Source: Callorhinchus milii (taxonomy: Eukaryota). From it: DNA of 64,000 nucleotides. This document shows, one piece after another, positions 1 to 12,724 of this stretch. The position numbers and the translations under genes are program-made. The DNA lies in NCBI RefSeq assembly GCF_018977255.1, contig NW_024704742.1, forward strand, positions 85,128,001-85,192,000. Direction: 5' to 3'. The stretch's first letter is position 1. Every line of letters begins with the position of its first letter. The notes beneath the pieces are model-generated. The model had not been told where the DNA came from, ran no database searches, and worked only from the letters and a program-made list of their open reading frames with translations.

Positions 1-310
1 TGCCTGCTATGGGTGTTAGATTGACCGATCTATAATTACTCCTGTTCTCCAATTTTAAACAGAGGTGTTACATTAGCTACCCTCCAGGCTCCTGGCACAA
101 CTTTTAATTTCAAGGATGTTCAAAAAATTGTAGTCAGAGTATCTATTATTTCCTCCCTGGTTATCACTTCTCTTTGCTGCACATCCTCCTCTTGTACACT
201 CAGTGTCTCACAACCACTCTCTGCTGTAAAAACTGAGGTGATAGTTTGTAAAATCTACTCATTAAGTATCTCTGCCAAACCTTCATTTTCTATGACTAGA
301 TTTCTCTTTT
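1..310 (-). mobile_element. CR1-type LINE ORF2 fragment (start of RT region), degraded
   Basis: Minus strand reads approximately WRVANVTPLFK..NRSNYRSVNLTPIAG, the CR1 'DWRxANVTPLFKKG..NYRPVSLT' motif. Confidence 0.75.
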
Positions 311-904
311 GATGAGGAATGCAAGAATTTTTATTACTGCTCAGCAAAATCTGCTAACTTGTATTTATAATAACTTCCTTTTGATTGTCATTTTCTTCCC
401 TATGATTGAGTGACATGGATACAGCTTGGTTACTGCTCTACCATTCTCTGTATGAGTGTGTGAGGCTCCACCTGGAGTGAAAGCAGGTTATTGTATTGAG
501 CAGCAGACCCTCACCACCAATCTGTCTTCACTGACTTTCACAAATGTGCACTTTCCTGTAGAATATCGCCACCTAGAGATGAGAAGGACAATTGTATTGT
601 GCCCCACCTCCCTGGCTGAGATAAACTAGCAGTCTAGACGATGAATTGAACCTTGGTTGTGTCTGATCCATAGGGCTCAATATTGTTAGTTATTGAACTC
701 ATAGTCTACACTGTGAGACATTGCAGTACAGTACTAAGGGAGCGCTGCATTGCTGGAGGTGTTAAAATCAATGTCCCATGTGTCTGTTCTGACAGCTCAT
801 ACGAATTGTAAAGATCCCAGGTACAATTTTGAAGAGCAGGATGTCCTTCCTCTTAATGTACTGGCCAATATTCCTCCCTCAGGTGGTATAGATCACAAGA
901 TAAA

Positions 905-1210
905 ATAATAATCCTTGCATTTGATATAGCGCTTTTCATGTTTTTGAGACGTCTCAAAGTGCTTCACAGAATATGCTGTAAAGTGAATTGACGGTATATT
1001 TGTGGGCGAAGCGCGGCAGCCAATTGCGCACAGCAGTGTCCCACAAACAGTCATGGATTGAAAATGACCAATTTGTTATTATTTTTTGGAGAGATTATTA
1101 TCAGGCGTGTGGAGTAAGGAAACGTGCCCAAGGTCTTCGCCCTGTCTGGAATTGAACCCAGGTGTCTCGCTTGCAAGGCGAGTGCTCTAACCACTGAGCT
1201 ACAGGACTCC
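905..1210 (-). mobile_element. Full-length tRNA-derived SINE (Deu-domain, L2-type tail)
   Basis: Minus strand: GGAGTCCTGTAGCTCAGTGGTTAGAGC (A box), GGTTCAATTCC (B box), central CTGTTTGTGGGACACTGCTGTGCGCAATTGGCTGCC, tail AAAAGCGCTATATCAAATGCAAGG(ATT)n. Many copies in the window. Confidence 0.9.
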
Positions 1211-1692
1211 AGGAATATACTGTAAAGTGAATTGACTGTATATTTTGTGGGTGAAACGCAGCAGCCAATTGCACACAATGGTGTCCCACAAACAGTTGTG
1301 GATTAAATGACCAAATTATAATCTTATTAATTATAAAATATTAATTTGAAAGTGATCCACCAATCGACTAACAACCGGGTTCCTACTTACTGCTAGCTAA
1401 AGATTGGTTTGGATGAAGAAGAGCATCCGGCTCATCTATCTGAAATTGCTGTATCTACGTCTCACTGTCTGAAACTGTTGTAAGTGCAGAAGAAAGGAAT
1501 ATAGGGTTTGGGAGAGCAGATTAGGAGGGTGGAGTATAAACACCAGCACACACTAGTTGGCCTGTATCTGCACTGTAACCTTCCAAAGAGTCCTGTGTAA
1601 TTCTGTGTAATAATTCTCATTGCCTGAAACTGCTCACTCTAATTCAATCACTCTAATTTTAAACCCGTTTTGTGCGACCTTTATTTTTCTAG

Positions 1693-1859
1693 CTCTGTCT
1701 GGAAAACTCAACAAGTTTCCCATCTTTGATGGTCAATTGAAGGAGCTGTGCACGAGCGCTGTGAGTGCTAACACCACCAAGGCCACACTGTACTCACTAA
1801 ACGTCTGGAGGTACTGGTGTGTGACGCGGGAACTGAAGCAGTTCATGGACATTACAAAG
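1693..1859 (+). CDS. KIAA1958: KIAA1958 penultimate coding exon (phase 1 to phase 0)
   Basis: Acceptor tttttctAG at 1691-1692, donor GTATGT at 1860. Encodes LSGKLNKFPIFDGQLKELCTSAVSANTTKATLYSLNVWRYWCVTRELKQFMDITK, which I recognise as vertebrate KIAA1958; splices in frame to 3282. Confidence 0.93.
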
Positions 1860-2060
1860 GTATGTGATCGGAAGACCGGTTTCCCATCGTCAGCAATGAT
1901 ACCATTTCAGTTTGTGAGTTCTGGCTTTGGTGATATTCTGCATTCTTAAAGTTGCTGTGACATCCTGCAAAACATGTCTTATAGCTGCCCGTCCAGTGTG
2001 AGATTGGATCCTACTGCCTAAGAATGTCCCAGGTTTGATTCCTGAGAGATTTTGCCAAAT

Positions 2061-2300
2061 TCGCTGTGACAGTAGTCCCTTGCCACCCCCCCCCCCCACC
2101 GCCCTCCCACCCGCCACCCTCAAGACCCAACTCAAGACTTGCCTCGACCGTCCCTTTCAGTCCCCCTCCTTCCCCCACCCTCCCTGCCCTCCACCCCTCC
2201 TGATCCTAATTCCCAGCTCGGGTTCACATCCTGGACTATCCAGCGCTTTGGGACGTCCTCCCGATGTGAAAGGTGCTATACAAATGCAATGTGTTGTTGT
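2061..2300 (+). mobile_element. L2 LINE 3' end fragment
   Basis: LKTQLKTCLDRPF then the family tail GGGACGTCCTCCCGATGTGAAAGGTGCTATACAAATG..GTTGTT. Confidence 0.8.
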
Positions 2301-3281
2301 AGGGGAGCCTAAGCTCTGTCCTGTGTGTCAGGGAAGGTAATAGCAAATAGTTACAATACTCCAATAACTAATCTGAACAATTACGATATTGCCACTCAGT
2401 CACCAACAATGTCACCTGCATCTGTGACCAACAATAATTGACATTTATATATAGCGTCTTTCACATTGGAAAGACATTGCAAACCACTTCACATAATACA
2501 CTTTACGTCACATCCCCCAGAAGATCAAAATCAAGATTTACATCTTCACATACAAATGCCTCTGTGGCCTCACCCTACCTCTACAACATCCTACGACTTA
2601 TTGCCGATGAGTGAAAGCAAATGGAATATCACCTGTATAGAAATTACTCTGTATTTGTAGGCAAATCCATCAAGACAGCAGAACAAGAGGACACAAGTTT
2701 AGTATTGCAAGGAACAATCATGGAGTCCTGTAGAGCTAGTGGTTGTGGGTTCCTGTAGCTTAGTGGTTAGAGTGTTGTGAGAGGACCAGGGTTCAATTCC
2801 TGGGCGGGGTGAAACGGTGGTCAGGTTTCCTTACTCCACACCCCTGTTTACGTAGCAGTAAGTAGAAACCAGGTTATTAATCAATTGGCGATTAATTGCT
2901 TAATTAATCGATTGTTTGTCTCAGTGTAATAATCTCTTCAAAATATAATAGTAAGAATAGTAATTTGGTTACTCAATCCTCGATTGTTTGTGGGACACTG
3001 CTGTGCACAATTGGCTATCGCGTTTCGCTCACAAAATACACAATCAATTCGCTTTACAGAATTGAGACGTCTCAAGACTTGATAACACAATATATCAAAT
3101 GGAAGCATTGTTATTTATTATTATTTCAAGGCAGAAACCAGGAAGTATTTCTTTGTCCAGAAACAGACTGGAACAAGTTACCAGGAAAGGTGGTTGAAGC
3201 CAGGACATCAGACTCTTTTAAGAAACAGTTTAATTATTTTTATTAACATTTTCTCACGCTCTCTTTCTCCCTCTTTCTAAG

Positions 3282-4094
3282 ATTCCGCCCTTGAAGCTCA
3301 ATGAGCTGCTGGAGGACTTCTACGTGACAGTTAGGAAAACGGACGGTTCGGATTTCCTGGCGACCTCGCTGCACGCCATCCGGCGCGGGCTGGACCGGGT
3401 GCTGAAGAACGCCAATGTGGGCTTTTCTGTTGGGGACGGCACCTTCAAGTCCTCCAGCCAGAAGCTGAAGGAGAAGCTGCGGATGCTCAACAAAGCCGGC
3501 ATGTCGGGCTCCCGGTCGCGCAACATCATCTACTTCTCTGGCCTGGATGAGGAGGAGATGTGGAGGGCAGGCTACCTCGGCGACTCCAACCCGGTGGCTT
3601 TGCTGAGCGTGGTGGTAAAGTTCAACAGCCAGTACTTCAACATGAGAACCCTGCAGGAGCACGTGGATCTGACGTATGGGGACATTGAGCTGATGAAGGA
3701 TGCGGAGAACAGGCCTTTCTTTGCCCGAACTGATATGGTCAAAAGGGAGAACAAAGTCTGCGGCAACAAGCTGTTCTTTGGGCAGATCTACCATGAGCAC
3801 TCGGAGGGGCTCAAACGATGTCCTTATTGCCTGCTGTACAAGTACATGTACGCTCACAGGCCCCTCTCCCACAGGGAGCCCAAGTCCCCCTTCTACTTGG
3901 TGGCCAGGAAGGATTTCTCGCAGCTGGACAGCGTGTGGTTTGAGGAGCAGAGGATGGGGCTGAGGTCCCTCAGGGCCGTGGTCCCCAAACTGGCCAAAAA
4001 GGTCAGGCTGGAGCAGAGCGAGAATTTCACCTTTGTATCCTTCACCCAGGCATCGCTTCTCAAACCAGGAAAGTTCCTTTCTGTCAATAGCTGA
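3282..4094 (+). CDS. KIAA1958: KIAA1958 last coding exon, DUF3504 (Crypton tyrosine-recombinase-derived) domain
   Basis: Pyrimidine tract plus AG at 3280-3281. Open frame IPPLKLNELLEDFYVTVRKTDGSDFLATSLHAIRRGLDR...EEEMWRAGYLG...MRTLQEH...CPYCLLYKYM...WFEEQRMGLRSLR...FTFVSF, TGA at 4092-4094. Closely resembles the human KIAA1958 C-terminus. Confidence 0.96.
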   Translation: MPPLKLNELLEDFYVTVRKTDGSDFLATSLHAIRRGLDRVLKNANVGFSVGDGTFKSSSQKLKEKLRMLNKAGMSGSRSRNIIYFSGLDEEEMWRAGYLGDSNPVALLSVVVKFNSQYFNMRTLQEHVDLTYGDIELMKDAENRPFFARTDMVKRENKVCGNKLFFGQIYHEHSEGLKRCPYCLLYKYMYAHRPLSHREPKSPFYLVARKDFSQLDSVWFEEQRMGLRSLRAVVPKLAKKVRLEQSENFTFVSFTQASLLKPGKFLSVNS

Positions 4095-4461
4095 AGTCGT
4101 TTGATCATGTTTTGAAAATGAGACGTAGCCAAGGAAAACACTGAATGTGGAGGATAGGTAGAAAAACCCTGGTACAAGATGTGCTTTTGGTGGAAGGGGG
4201 CAGTCATCACTCATCCGTAACCCATTTATTACAGCATTTTCAATTCAATTTGGGATTGGGTCAAGCTACACACATGTTGACCTGTGGAAAAACAGACCTT
4301 CTATGATATCCATAGCTGCAGATTATACATTGGCGCTGAAGAGCCTTGTGGACCCAGAAAACACCTCCTTCTACCCAGTACACCCTCAATAATTTATTAT
4401 AAACTTATTATATTTTCAGTTGGATGCTACTGCACATCTCAAAAGAGGTTGACCTCTTTTT

Positions 4462-4800
4462 AATTGGGAACAGGGAATCATCCCACTCAGCTCCTGTTAA
4501 CCCTGCAAACCAAAGCCCTAATAGGTAGGGTGGTCCTAGCTGGACAAGCAGCAGGAAAGTTTGCCAGAGATATCAATGGCAAGCTATGCAGTTTTAACTG
4601 GTTAGGCTCCTAACACACACTCTGGGGTCCACAAGTCTTGGCTCTCACTACCCTGTGCCTAATACTCTCCAGAACTAGGTAAGCAGGAGGGCTTCCCCCA
4701 GGGAGAGAGTGTGCATTCCAATACAGTCTGGTTTGGATACTTTTTTGAGTTTAGTGATGGGTTTCCACATGCGTCAAGACACCTGAACGACCAAATAAAC
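4462..4800 (+). mobile_element. 3' UTR fragment of the non-LTR element whose ORF remnant lies at 23265-24073
   Basis: Shares CCCTGCAAACCAAAGCCCTAA, GGTCCTAGCTGGA, GGAGAGAGTGTGCATTCC and GGGTTTCCACATG..GACAC with copies at 11.4, 16.2, 21.4, 24.3, 27.4 and 37.0 kb. Confidence 0.7.
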
Positions 4801-5203
4801 ATTTAAACTGAATTGTTCCCTCTCCTGTACTTACAGCACTGACTGTATTCCTGCTCTTTGACCTTGTGATCAGTTGCTAGTGGGTGTGCACACAGTTGCT
4901 CTGTGTAACAGCAGAGGAGTCGAAGACTGGGTTGTTGAAGAAAGAATGGATCAATAATCACTGCCACTTTCCTCTCAAAGTTTTAGGAGCCTTTTACAAA
5001 AGATGGACCCGTGCTAAACACTGGCAGGTCTGAGTCACCACTGTAAGTCTGTGTGGGGTTCAGCACCAACTGTCAAGGAGGGAGGGGTGTTGCTCATCAT
5101 TTGCCTTTGAGCTCGTGGGAAATTCTCTTTTCTCCCGTCAGACTTTGTGAAATTAAGTATGGATCTCATTGGGTCACTGGGATCACATTATACAAAATTC
5201 AGA

Positions 5204-5209
5204 AATAAA
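5204..5209 (+). promoter_or_regulatory. Candidate KIAA1958 polyadenylation signal
   Basis: AATAAA about 1.1 kb after the stop, followed by GT/T-rich sequence; retained in the duplicated copy near 26462. A second AATAAA lies at 4794-4799. Confidence 0.4.
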
Positions 5210-6511
5210 GTGGTGTAAACAGACCAGCTCAGCAGTCTCTGTGTTTTCTGTTTTCTACACCAGATTTTTTAGATTACTGTTTTAATCCTTGCACTGATGC
5301 CACACTCTGTTAATACTTTATTAAGGAGCATTCTGTAAAAAGTAACAGATTGCTAACCTGTTTTCCCCTTCACTAAACTCAGCTTTCACGTTGACTGATC
5401 AACATTTGCTGAGGGTTAACCAGGGAATATCACATGATCCAACAAGCGAGTGACCATAAAACACACAGTCACTACAACAACAAGATTACATTTGTATAGC
5501 GCCTTTCACGTCGGGTGGAGCACTACACTTTACAGTATATTCTGTGAAGCACTTGAGATGTCTCAACGACGTGATAAGGTGCTATATCAAATGCAAGGAT
5601 TGTTATTATGAAACTGACACAAATTAGCTTTGCACAACTTCTGCAACTGTGATGTGCTCATTGTTCACATTAATGTTGTTGATCAAAATGATTTTAAGAA
5701 ATCATTCATTACACTCTCAATTATACATTAGAAAAATTCTCACCCCTACAACTCCATCTTTTTAGAAGCAGAAGCAAAAATGTGTTTGAATTTAATTGCA
5801 ACCAAATTTTATGGGATAATCGTTTCCAAGCAGACACTGAATTATCCACTGTCTATCTGTCTAATCTCCGGTCTCTAACGAGTAATGTCTACAAATTGAT
5901 GCCGAACCAGCTAACTATGGTATATTTCACCAAACTGCACAATTGATTTCCACATCTCTCTCCCTTGGAATTAGTTCCTTCTAGAAATAAGCCCATTGTG
6001 ATCCAAGCTGAAAAAAGAATTAGTTACTCAATCCACAACTGTTTGTGCAATTAGCTGCCATGTTTATTGAAACGTATACAAATCAGTAAGTGTTTAATCC
6101 ATTATTTCGCATCTCACTGATAAGGTGTGTGTCAGACGAGCAATGATATATTATATGTCATTGGAGGTATTGTTTTTGTAACAGTCTTTGGTGCACTTTA
6201 TATCTATATATATATATATAGTCATGCAATGCACTGTACCTGCTGACATGTGTACCAATTCATTGACCAGCATGGAGAAGTTTGCCCTGCTGGCTGAAAA
6301 CCTGTGAAGGACACAATCAAGTCTGACGTGAAAGATAGCAAAGAATACTGTAAGAATTCTCCTCACTCTGTGGCAACTCTGCTCTGGGGCACATCAGCCC
6401 AGAGATCAGTTCCCACGTTTCCTGTTATTGGAAAGAGGCCTCAACAAATATCACAAATTGCACTCCACCTAAACCTTTTAAATGCACTGCCCAATCAATT
6501 CATAGGCACCT

Positions 6512-8130
6512 GGTGGGGAGGGCAGGGTGGGGTGCATGGAGCATGGAGCAGGTCAAAGCCTGCTGAGCGGAGAGGTTGAGAACGGGTTAGCATGTCATTT
6601 GCCACTTTGAGGAGTGGAGCCGGGCGAGGGTGGAGGTAATGGGGTCATGGAACCTGGTGCGGGAGAGGACAAGAGCTTCAGAGTTCTGGATGATCTAAAG
6701 CTTGTGGAGGGTAGAGTTGGGGAGGCCGACTAGGAGAGAATTGGAGTAGTCGAACCTAGATGTGATGAACGCGTGAATGGGTGTTTTGGTGGCCTGAGGG
6801 GTGAGGCAGTGGCGGAGCTGGGCCATGCTGCGGGTGGGGGAAAGCAAAGCGGGTCATGGCAGGGATTTGGTGTAGAAAGGACAGTTGAGGGTCAAGCAAG
6901 ATGCCAAGGTTCCAGACTGGCTCGGTGAGGTGGAGTGTGCATCCCTGGGTGGTGCTGCTGCCAGTGCTTGAGGAACACCGTACAAGACGGTGCGGGGGCT
7001 GCTTATGGAGACAAAGTGGGGATGGTGTGAAACCATTCAAGGACAGAACCATGAAGGTTGAGGTAAAGCGGTGGGGGAGGATATAGTGGTCAACTGTATC
7101 AAAAGCATCAGTGAGGTCAAGGAGGACGAGAAGGCAGAGGGAGCCCTGGTCACAGATGGACAGAATGTCATTTGTCACTTTGACCAGGGCTGTTTCTGTG
7201 CTGTGGGCAGCACAGAAACCCGATTGGAGGGGTTTGTGAGGGAGTGGCAGGAGAGGAAAGAGCAAAGCTGGGAAGCAACAACTCGTTCAAGGTGCTTGGA
7301 AAATAAAGGGAGATTGGAGATGGGGCAGTATTTGAGAGCAGGGATGGGTCCAGGGAAGGTTTCTTGAGAATAGGGGCGATGACATCCGTTTTTAAGGGAG
7401 GGGAACTGAGCCAGTGGACTGGGAGAGGTTGATGATGTCTGTGAGTAGAGGGGCAAGGAGGTGGAGCTGGGAGGTAAGGATGGGGTCGAGGGAGCAGGTG
7501 GTGGGTTTCATGTGGGTTATAATGGTGGTGAGAGAGTAGTTGGAGACAGGTTTGAAAGTGTGGAGGGAGGGATGGGTGGGGCTGAAGTGTGAGGGGGAGA
7601 TGGGGAGGTGGTAGCAGCTGGGAGGGGAGAGATAGTTGAGCAGAACATCTCAATTTTTGTCTCGAAGAAGTCCAGGATCTCCTCTAGTTGGAGTTAGAGG
7701 AGAGGATGGGCGAGGTGTGAGAGCTGGTTGGTGGTGCAGAAGAGGAGCCTGGGGTTGTCCTTGGTCTCCGAGATTATCTTAGAATGGAAGGACGATTTAG
7801 CGGAGGCGAGGGTAGAGCGGTAAGTTTTGATGTGATCCAGCCAGATCTGCCAATGGACCGTTAAATTAGATTTGAGCCAGATGCATAGGAGGCGGTTTGG
7901 GAGATGAGGGTGGCATGGGCATCGAGAGTGGTGGAGAGGGAGTTGTGTAGAAAAGTGACCGAGGAGGATAAGTTGGCGCCGGAGGAAGCCCAGAGGGGGA
8001 GGTGTTCAGATGACTCCAGGGCAGCAGAAAGGGAGGGGACAAGATTTTTTTCCTGGGGTGATGGGAGATGGAGGTGGGTTGGGTGCCGGTGGGGAGTGGG
8101 ATTGAGCAGTTAAGGGAGATTAAGTAGCTA
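6512..8130 (-). mobile_element. L2 LINE ORF2 fragment (end of endonuclease, RT), frameshifted
   Basis: [72 protein letters not shown]. Confidence 0.92.
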
Positions 8131-8182
8131 CCTGCGTGAAAGGTGCTATATAAATACAAGTTGTTGTTGGTGGTGGTTGTAT

Positions 8183-8590
8183 CTGGTGCGTGAAAACTTC
8201 TATCCCTTGAGGGGTTGCATTTCTCCAGAACAGGAAAACAGCGGGACACCATACAGTCTAGTAGAGAAACACATTGAAAGAAGATGCGAAAGTGAAAGAA
8301 ATATGTTACAAGGGGACATAGAGGTTACAACAATGTTTCTCAGGAAAGTGGTAGCTTTGCTGGTGTCTCACTTTCACAGCGCATTGCAATGTTACAAATA
8401 TAAGGGATCACATGTTGGCTATCTGTAAAAGGTTGTAGGACATCCTGCTCTGTGGCTTATCTTTCTCTTGAGAGCAACTTTCAACTATCGATCAAACATC
8501 ATCTCTGTCGCTCTTACACAACAATTGACAACTCATACTGTAAAATGTCCAATTTTTCCAACTCCTGATATCCCAAGCCAGGAGTTGTAA
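8183..8590 (-). pseudogene. Decayed exon-like segment of an unidentified gene (paralogous to 19447, 28368, 31656)
   Basis: Four local copies. The frame ending ...VSRCFPVLEKCNPSRDRSFHAP has multiple upstream stops; the donor GT seen in the other copies is AT here. Confidence 0.3.
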
Positions 8591-8699
8591 TGAAAACACA
8601 GCATTAAAGCAAGCAGACAGTGAGAAATGATCAGAGGAGGGTTTAACTTAATGAAATTTCAAAATGTTTGCCACAAAATACAGACCCTACACTATACAC

Positions 8700-9135
8700 T
8701 GAATCCCATGTAGCTCATTGAGACACACTAATGCAAAAGTAGCTATTGATGTCCAATCTGTCGCCCCTTGCAAGTCCTTCCAGATCCCACATCTTATTTG
8801 CCAGACTGTTTTGCATTAATGCAAGCACAGCTCCATTGCTTTTTGCCTTTCCTATTTGCTTTATTAGCAATTTTCTTTATCTCCCACCAGTGGAGTTAGA
8901 CCGTTGGTTTATGTATTCACTGCTACACCTCAAGATTTGCCCTAATTGGTTTGGTTGCTCTCTTATATCTACCACAACCACTCTTGTTTCTAGTTTAAAC
9001 ACTCCCTAACCATGCTATTCATCCTGCCTGCCAACACCTCCATCCACCCTTTGTTCAGGTGGTGCCAATCTGGTCTGAATAAGTGCCTCTTATTCCAAAA
9101 AATCTGATTCCCTGCACCAATGCCTTAGCCACAAG
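8700..9135 (-). mobile_element. CR1 LINE ORF1 end / ORF2 start, degraded
   Basis: WLRHWCRES (ORF1 esterase) and NSLANKMWDLEGLARGDRLDI (APE start). Partly duplicated at 29955-30140. Confidence 0.65.
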
Positions 9136-9364
9136 TAAAGGAGTCAAGCGAGTTATGTGAGCTCAGTTTAAATACCAACTCACCCCCACCCATTATCCCT
9201 TGAGCCTGATTTACCGACCACAGCACTGAGTAAGAGCAGAAAGGACCACGGTTTCATGTTGCTGATCTCTGCACTATGTGTTCGGCATCATCGCTGTCTG
9301 AGTAACAATTAGTTTACCTAGAAATGTAGGAACCCAGTCGTTAGTCGATTAGTGGATCTGCTTT

Positions 9365-9975
9365 TCCGCAAGCTGCTGAAGCCCTCATACATGCTTTCAT
9401 TACATCGAGGCTCAACTTTGCAAACTCATTGCTTGCCGGCCTCCCCAACTCCTCCCTCCAGATCATCCAGAACTCCGTAGCCCATGTCCTCTCCCGCACT
9501 AGGCTCTGTGACCTTATCACCCCATCCTTGCTCAGTTCCACTGGCTTCCTATCACACAGAGGATACAGTTCAAGATCCTGGTCCTCACCTTCAAAGCCCT
9601 CCATGTCTTGCTCCCCCTTATCTCTTCGACTTCCTCACCCCCTACCACCCTGCTCGCTCCCTCCACAAAGCGGGCTCCGGCCTGCTTCACATTCCCCGCC
9701 TCTCTCGCCCCACTATTGGCTGGCGGTCCTTCCGCAATTCTGCCCCCACCCTCTGGAACTCCATCCCACAGTCCCTCCACCTCGCCTCCTCCCTTACCAC
9801 CTTCAAGACCCATCTCAAGACCCTCCTCTTCGACCGTGCTTTCGATCGCCCTGCTTCCCCACCACCCTCCCCCACCCCCGACCCCCAGCTCGGGTCTGTA
9901 ACTCTGAATGTCCAGCATCTTGGGACATCCTCCCAACGTGAAAGGCGCTTTACAAATGTAATCTTGTTGTTGGTA
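9365..9975 (+). mobile_element. L2 LINE 3' fragment
   Basis: HAFITSRLNFANSLL..LQIIQNS..PTLWNSIPQSL..FKTHLKTLLF plus family tail. Confidence 0.92.
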
Positions 9976-11169
9976 TTGTAATAACCCTTCAAAAAATTAT
10001 GATAATAATTTGGTCACTCAATCCATGATTGTTTGTGGGACGCTGCTGTTTGCAATTGGCTGCCACGTTTCGACCATAAAATATAATCAATTCACTTTAC
10101 AGTATATTCTGTGAAGCGCTTTGAAACGTCTCGAAGATGGGATGAGACGCTATATCAAATGCAAGGATTATTATTATCTACTGTAAAGTGTAGTGACTGT
10201 GTATTTTGTGGCAAACATTTCAAAGTCTCATTGTTAAGTTGAACCCTCCTTTGATTGCTTCTTACTGTCTGGTTGGTTTAATGTGGTGAAACATGGCTAC
10301 CAGTTAGTGCACCGCAGTGTCCGACAAACAGCTATGGACTGAGTGACCAATTTTATTTGGTTTATAATTATTACTCGCTCAGCACACTGCAGGTCTTACC
10401 CTGTCTATAAACTAGCAAAGTCCTGACAGATGTAAACACCAATAACCACTACTGAACTATTTATACTTCAAATAAAGATCTGAAATAAAGATAACGGCAA
10501 CAGGTTTAATTTTTCCTATTCAACAATAAAAATAATTCTCTTATGTAATTTTGAAGGATGACTTGTTCACTCTAATTACATAAAATAATAATCAATGCAT
10601 TTGATAAAAAGCCTTATCGCGTCGTTGAGACATCTCAAAGATTCTTAACAGAATATACTGTAAAGTGAATTGACTGTGTATTTTGTGGGTGAAACACGGC
10701 AACCAATTGTGCACAGCAGCGTCCCACAAACAGTCGTGGATTGAATGGCCAAATTATCTATTTTTTTCCTAATTATAGGCAGGAAACAAGTCCCTTTCAA
10801 TGAGCCCCTTTACCAGGACTTAATAAGTGTCGCTCATGATTTGACCCTATCAGGGGACGCTTTATAGCTAGTTGGTGAACATAGTGCTTCATTCCCTCTT
10901 TGCTGTGTGTCAGCTTGGCACCAACTCTTTGGGGTGTGTCAGTTTGGCTCGAATAGTAGCACTGTCACCTCCAAGTCAGAAGCTTGTGGCTTCAAGTTCC
11001 AGGAATTGGAATCAGATAATCTAAGATGATACCTGATTTATTTTAAGGACTAACAATAGGACTCAACCCTTGTCACTATATTTACTGTGCACTTAGTTGC
11101 ATGAATTCGCGTGTATCTTACGGTCACAACATTAAGCAAATTAAAGTTGCACTTTATCAAATTAAAATG

Positions 11170-12724
11170 CAACTCTTAATGCTCTATGGGTATCTTATTT
11201 ACTATTTAAGATGATTAGAAGCAGACTCACAACACAATTTAGTCAAGGAAATCAACTCTGAATCTGAGAAATCTAACTCCCAGTTCAATCACGTACCATG
11301 GTTCCACTCGGAGCGATCCTGATGTTCTAAAACCACCAATATTTACAGTACTTTATACTATGTTTAGCTCCTCTCCATCACTAGTGAATAAACAATCTAC
11401 CACTCTCTTTTTTTGGTCGGCCGAGTGTCTGACATGTGCGGAAATCCATTATTAAGAATATCTAAACCAAGCTGAGATTTCCATGCATCCCACCTACACA
11501 TGGAAATCCCAGAGAGAGATTGTTGGAAAGGAATGGACACTCTCTCTCTGCAGGAACCCATTCTGCTTACCTAATTCCAGAAAGTATTAGGCGCAGGTTG
11601 GCAAGAGCCAAGGCTTGGGGACCCCGGAGTGTGTGTTGGGTACTGCTGGAGTCTAACCAGCTAAAACTGCATAGCTTGCCATTGATATCGCTGTCCAGCA
11701 AGCTTTCCCGCTGCTGGTCCAGCTAGGACCACCCTACCAGTTAGGGCTTTGGCCTGCAGGGTTAATGAGAGCTGAGTGGGATGATTCCCTGTCCCCAGTG
11801 ACTGGTCTGCCCTTCCAGGGCCTGCCAATGAGCCAGACTGGCTGTGCTGTCATCTGCAGTGCCCCGGAGTACTGCAGACTCAACTAGCTCAGGAACCGGA
11901 CTACTGAGAGCACCAGAGAGCGCTGGCTCGATTCCGACATTCCATTCCAGGCATGTCACCTTGGAGCCAGTTCAGCTCCAAGAAGACTAATCATCAACAA
12001 TGTGACCCAAATATAACCCCGTACAGGTATTATTTTAACACCTAACGTCATAAAACCTTCCACTATCTTCTATTGATCAGACTTCCAGGCACCAATCTTT
12101 TAGCATGATTCTGCCAAAAGCTTTTTGCCCTATTAGCACCCAATTCTACCTCTCTGCCTCCACCCTTGACTCCAGGATAACTGCTGTCCTCACAGACTGT
12201 CTGTCAGACATCAAATCCTGGATAAAAGCTAACTTTCTCCAGTTGAATGTCAAGAACACCAAGGCCCTTCTGCTTGGCTCCCATTAGCGCCTCCGTACTT
12301 CGGGCCCTGACAAAGTCATCCTTCAAGGATGCATTTTACACCTCACAGAGCTAATACCATACATTGGCTTCCTGTTTGACCCTCAGCTGTCCTTCATTCC
12401 CCACATCCGTGCCATGACCCTCTCCGCCTTTCCCCACCTCCACAATATTGCCTGTCTCCGCCACTGTCTCTCATTGCAGGCTGCCTCATCCATGCGTTCA
12501 TCATATCCAGACTCGACTACACAAACTCCCTGCCTGTCGGCCTCCTCAACTCCTCCCTCCACAGGCTGCAGATCATCCAGAACTCTGCAGTCCGTGTCCT
12601 CTCCCCCACCAGGCTCTGCGACCCTATCACCCCCATCCTCGCCCGGCTCCACTGGCATCCCATCACGCAGAGGATACAGTTTAAGATCCTGGTCCTCACC
12701 TTCAAAGCCCTCCACACACACACA
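11170..12724. repeat. Segmental duplication, near-identical to about 21190-22746
   Basis: Offset 10022; almost identical ORF translations (11520/21542, 11762/21784, 12105/22127). Contains a retroelement 3' UTR (-) and an L2 fragment (+, about 12135-12720). Confidence 0.95.

Noticed and set aside
3243..4214. 323-aa ORF on the minus strand
   Set aside because: Antisense shadow of the GC3-rich KIAA1958 exon; no independent motif.
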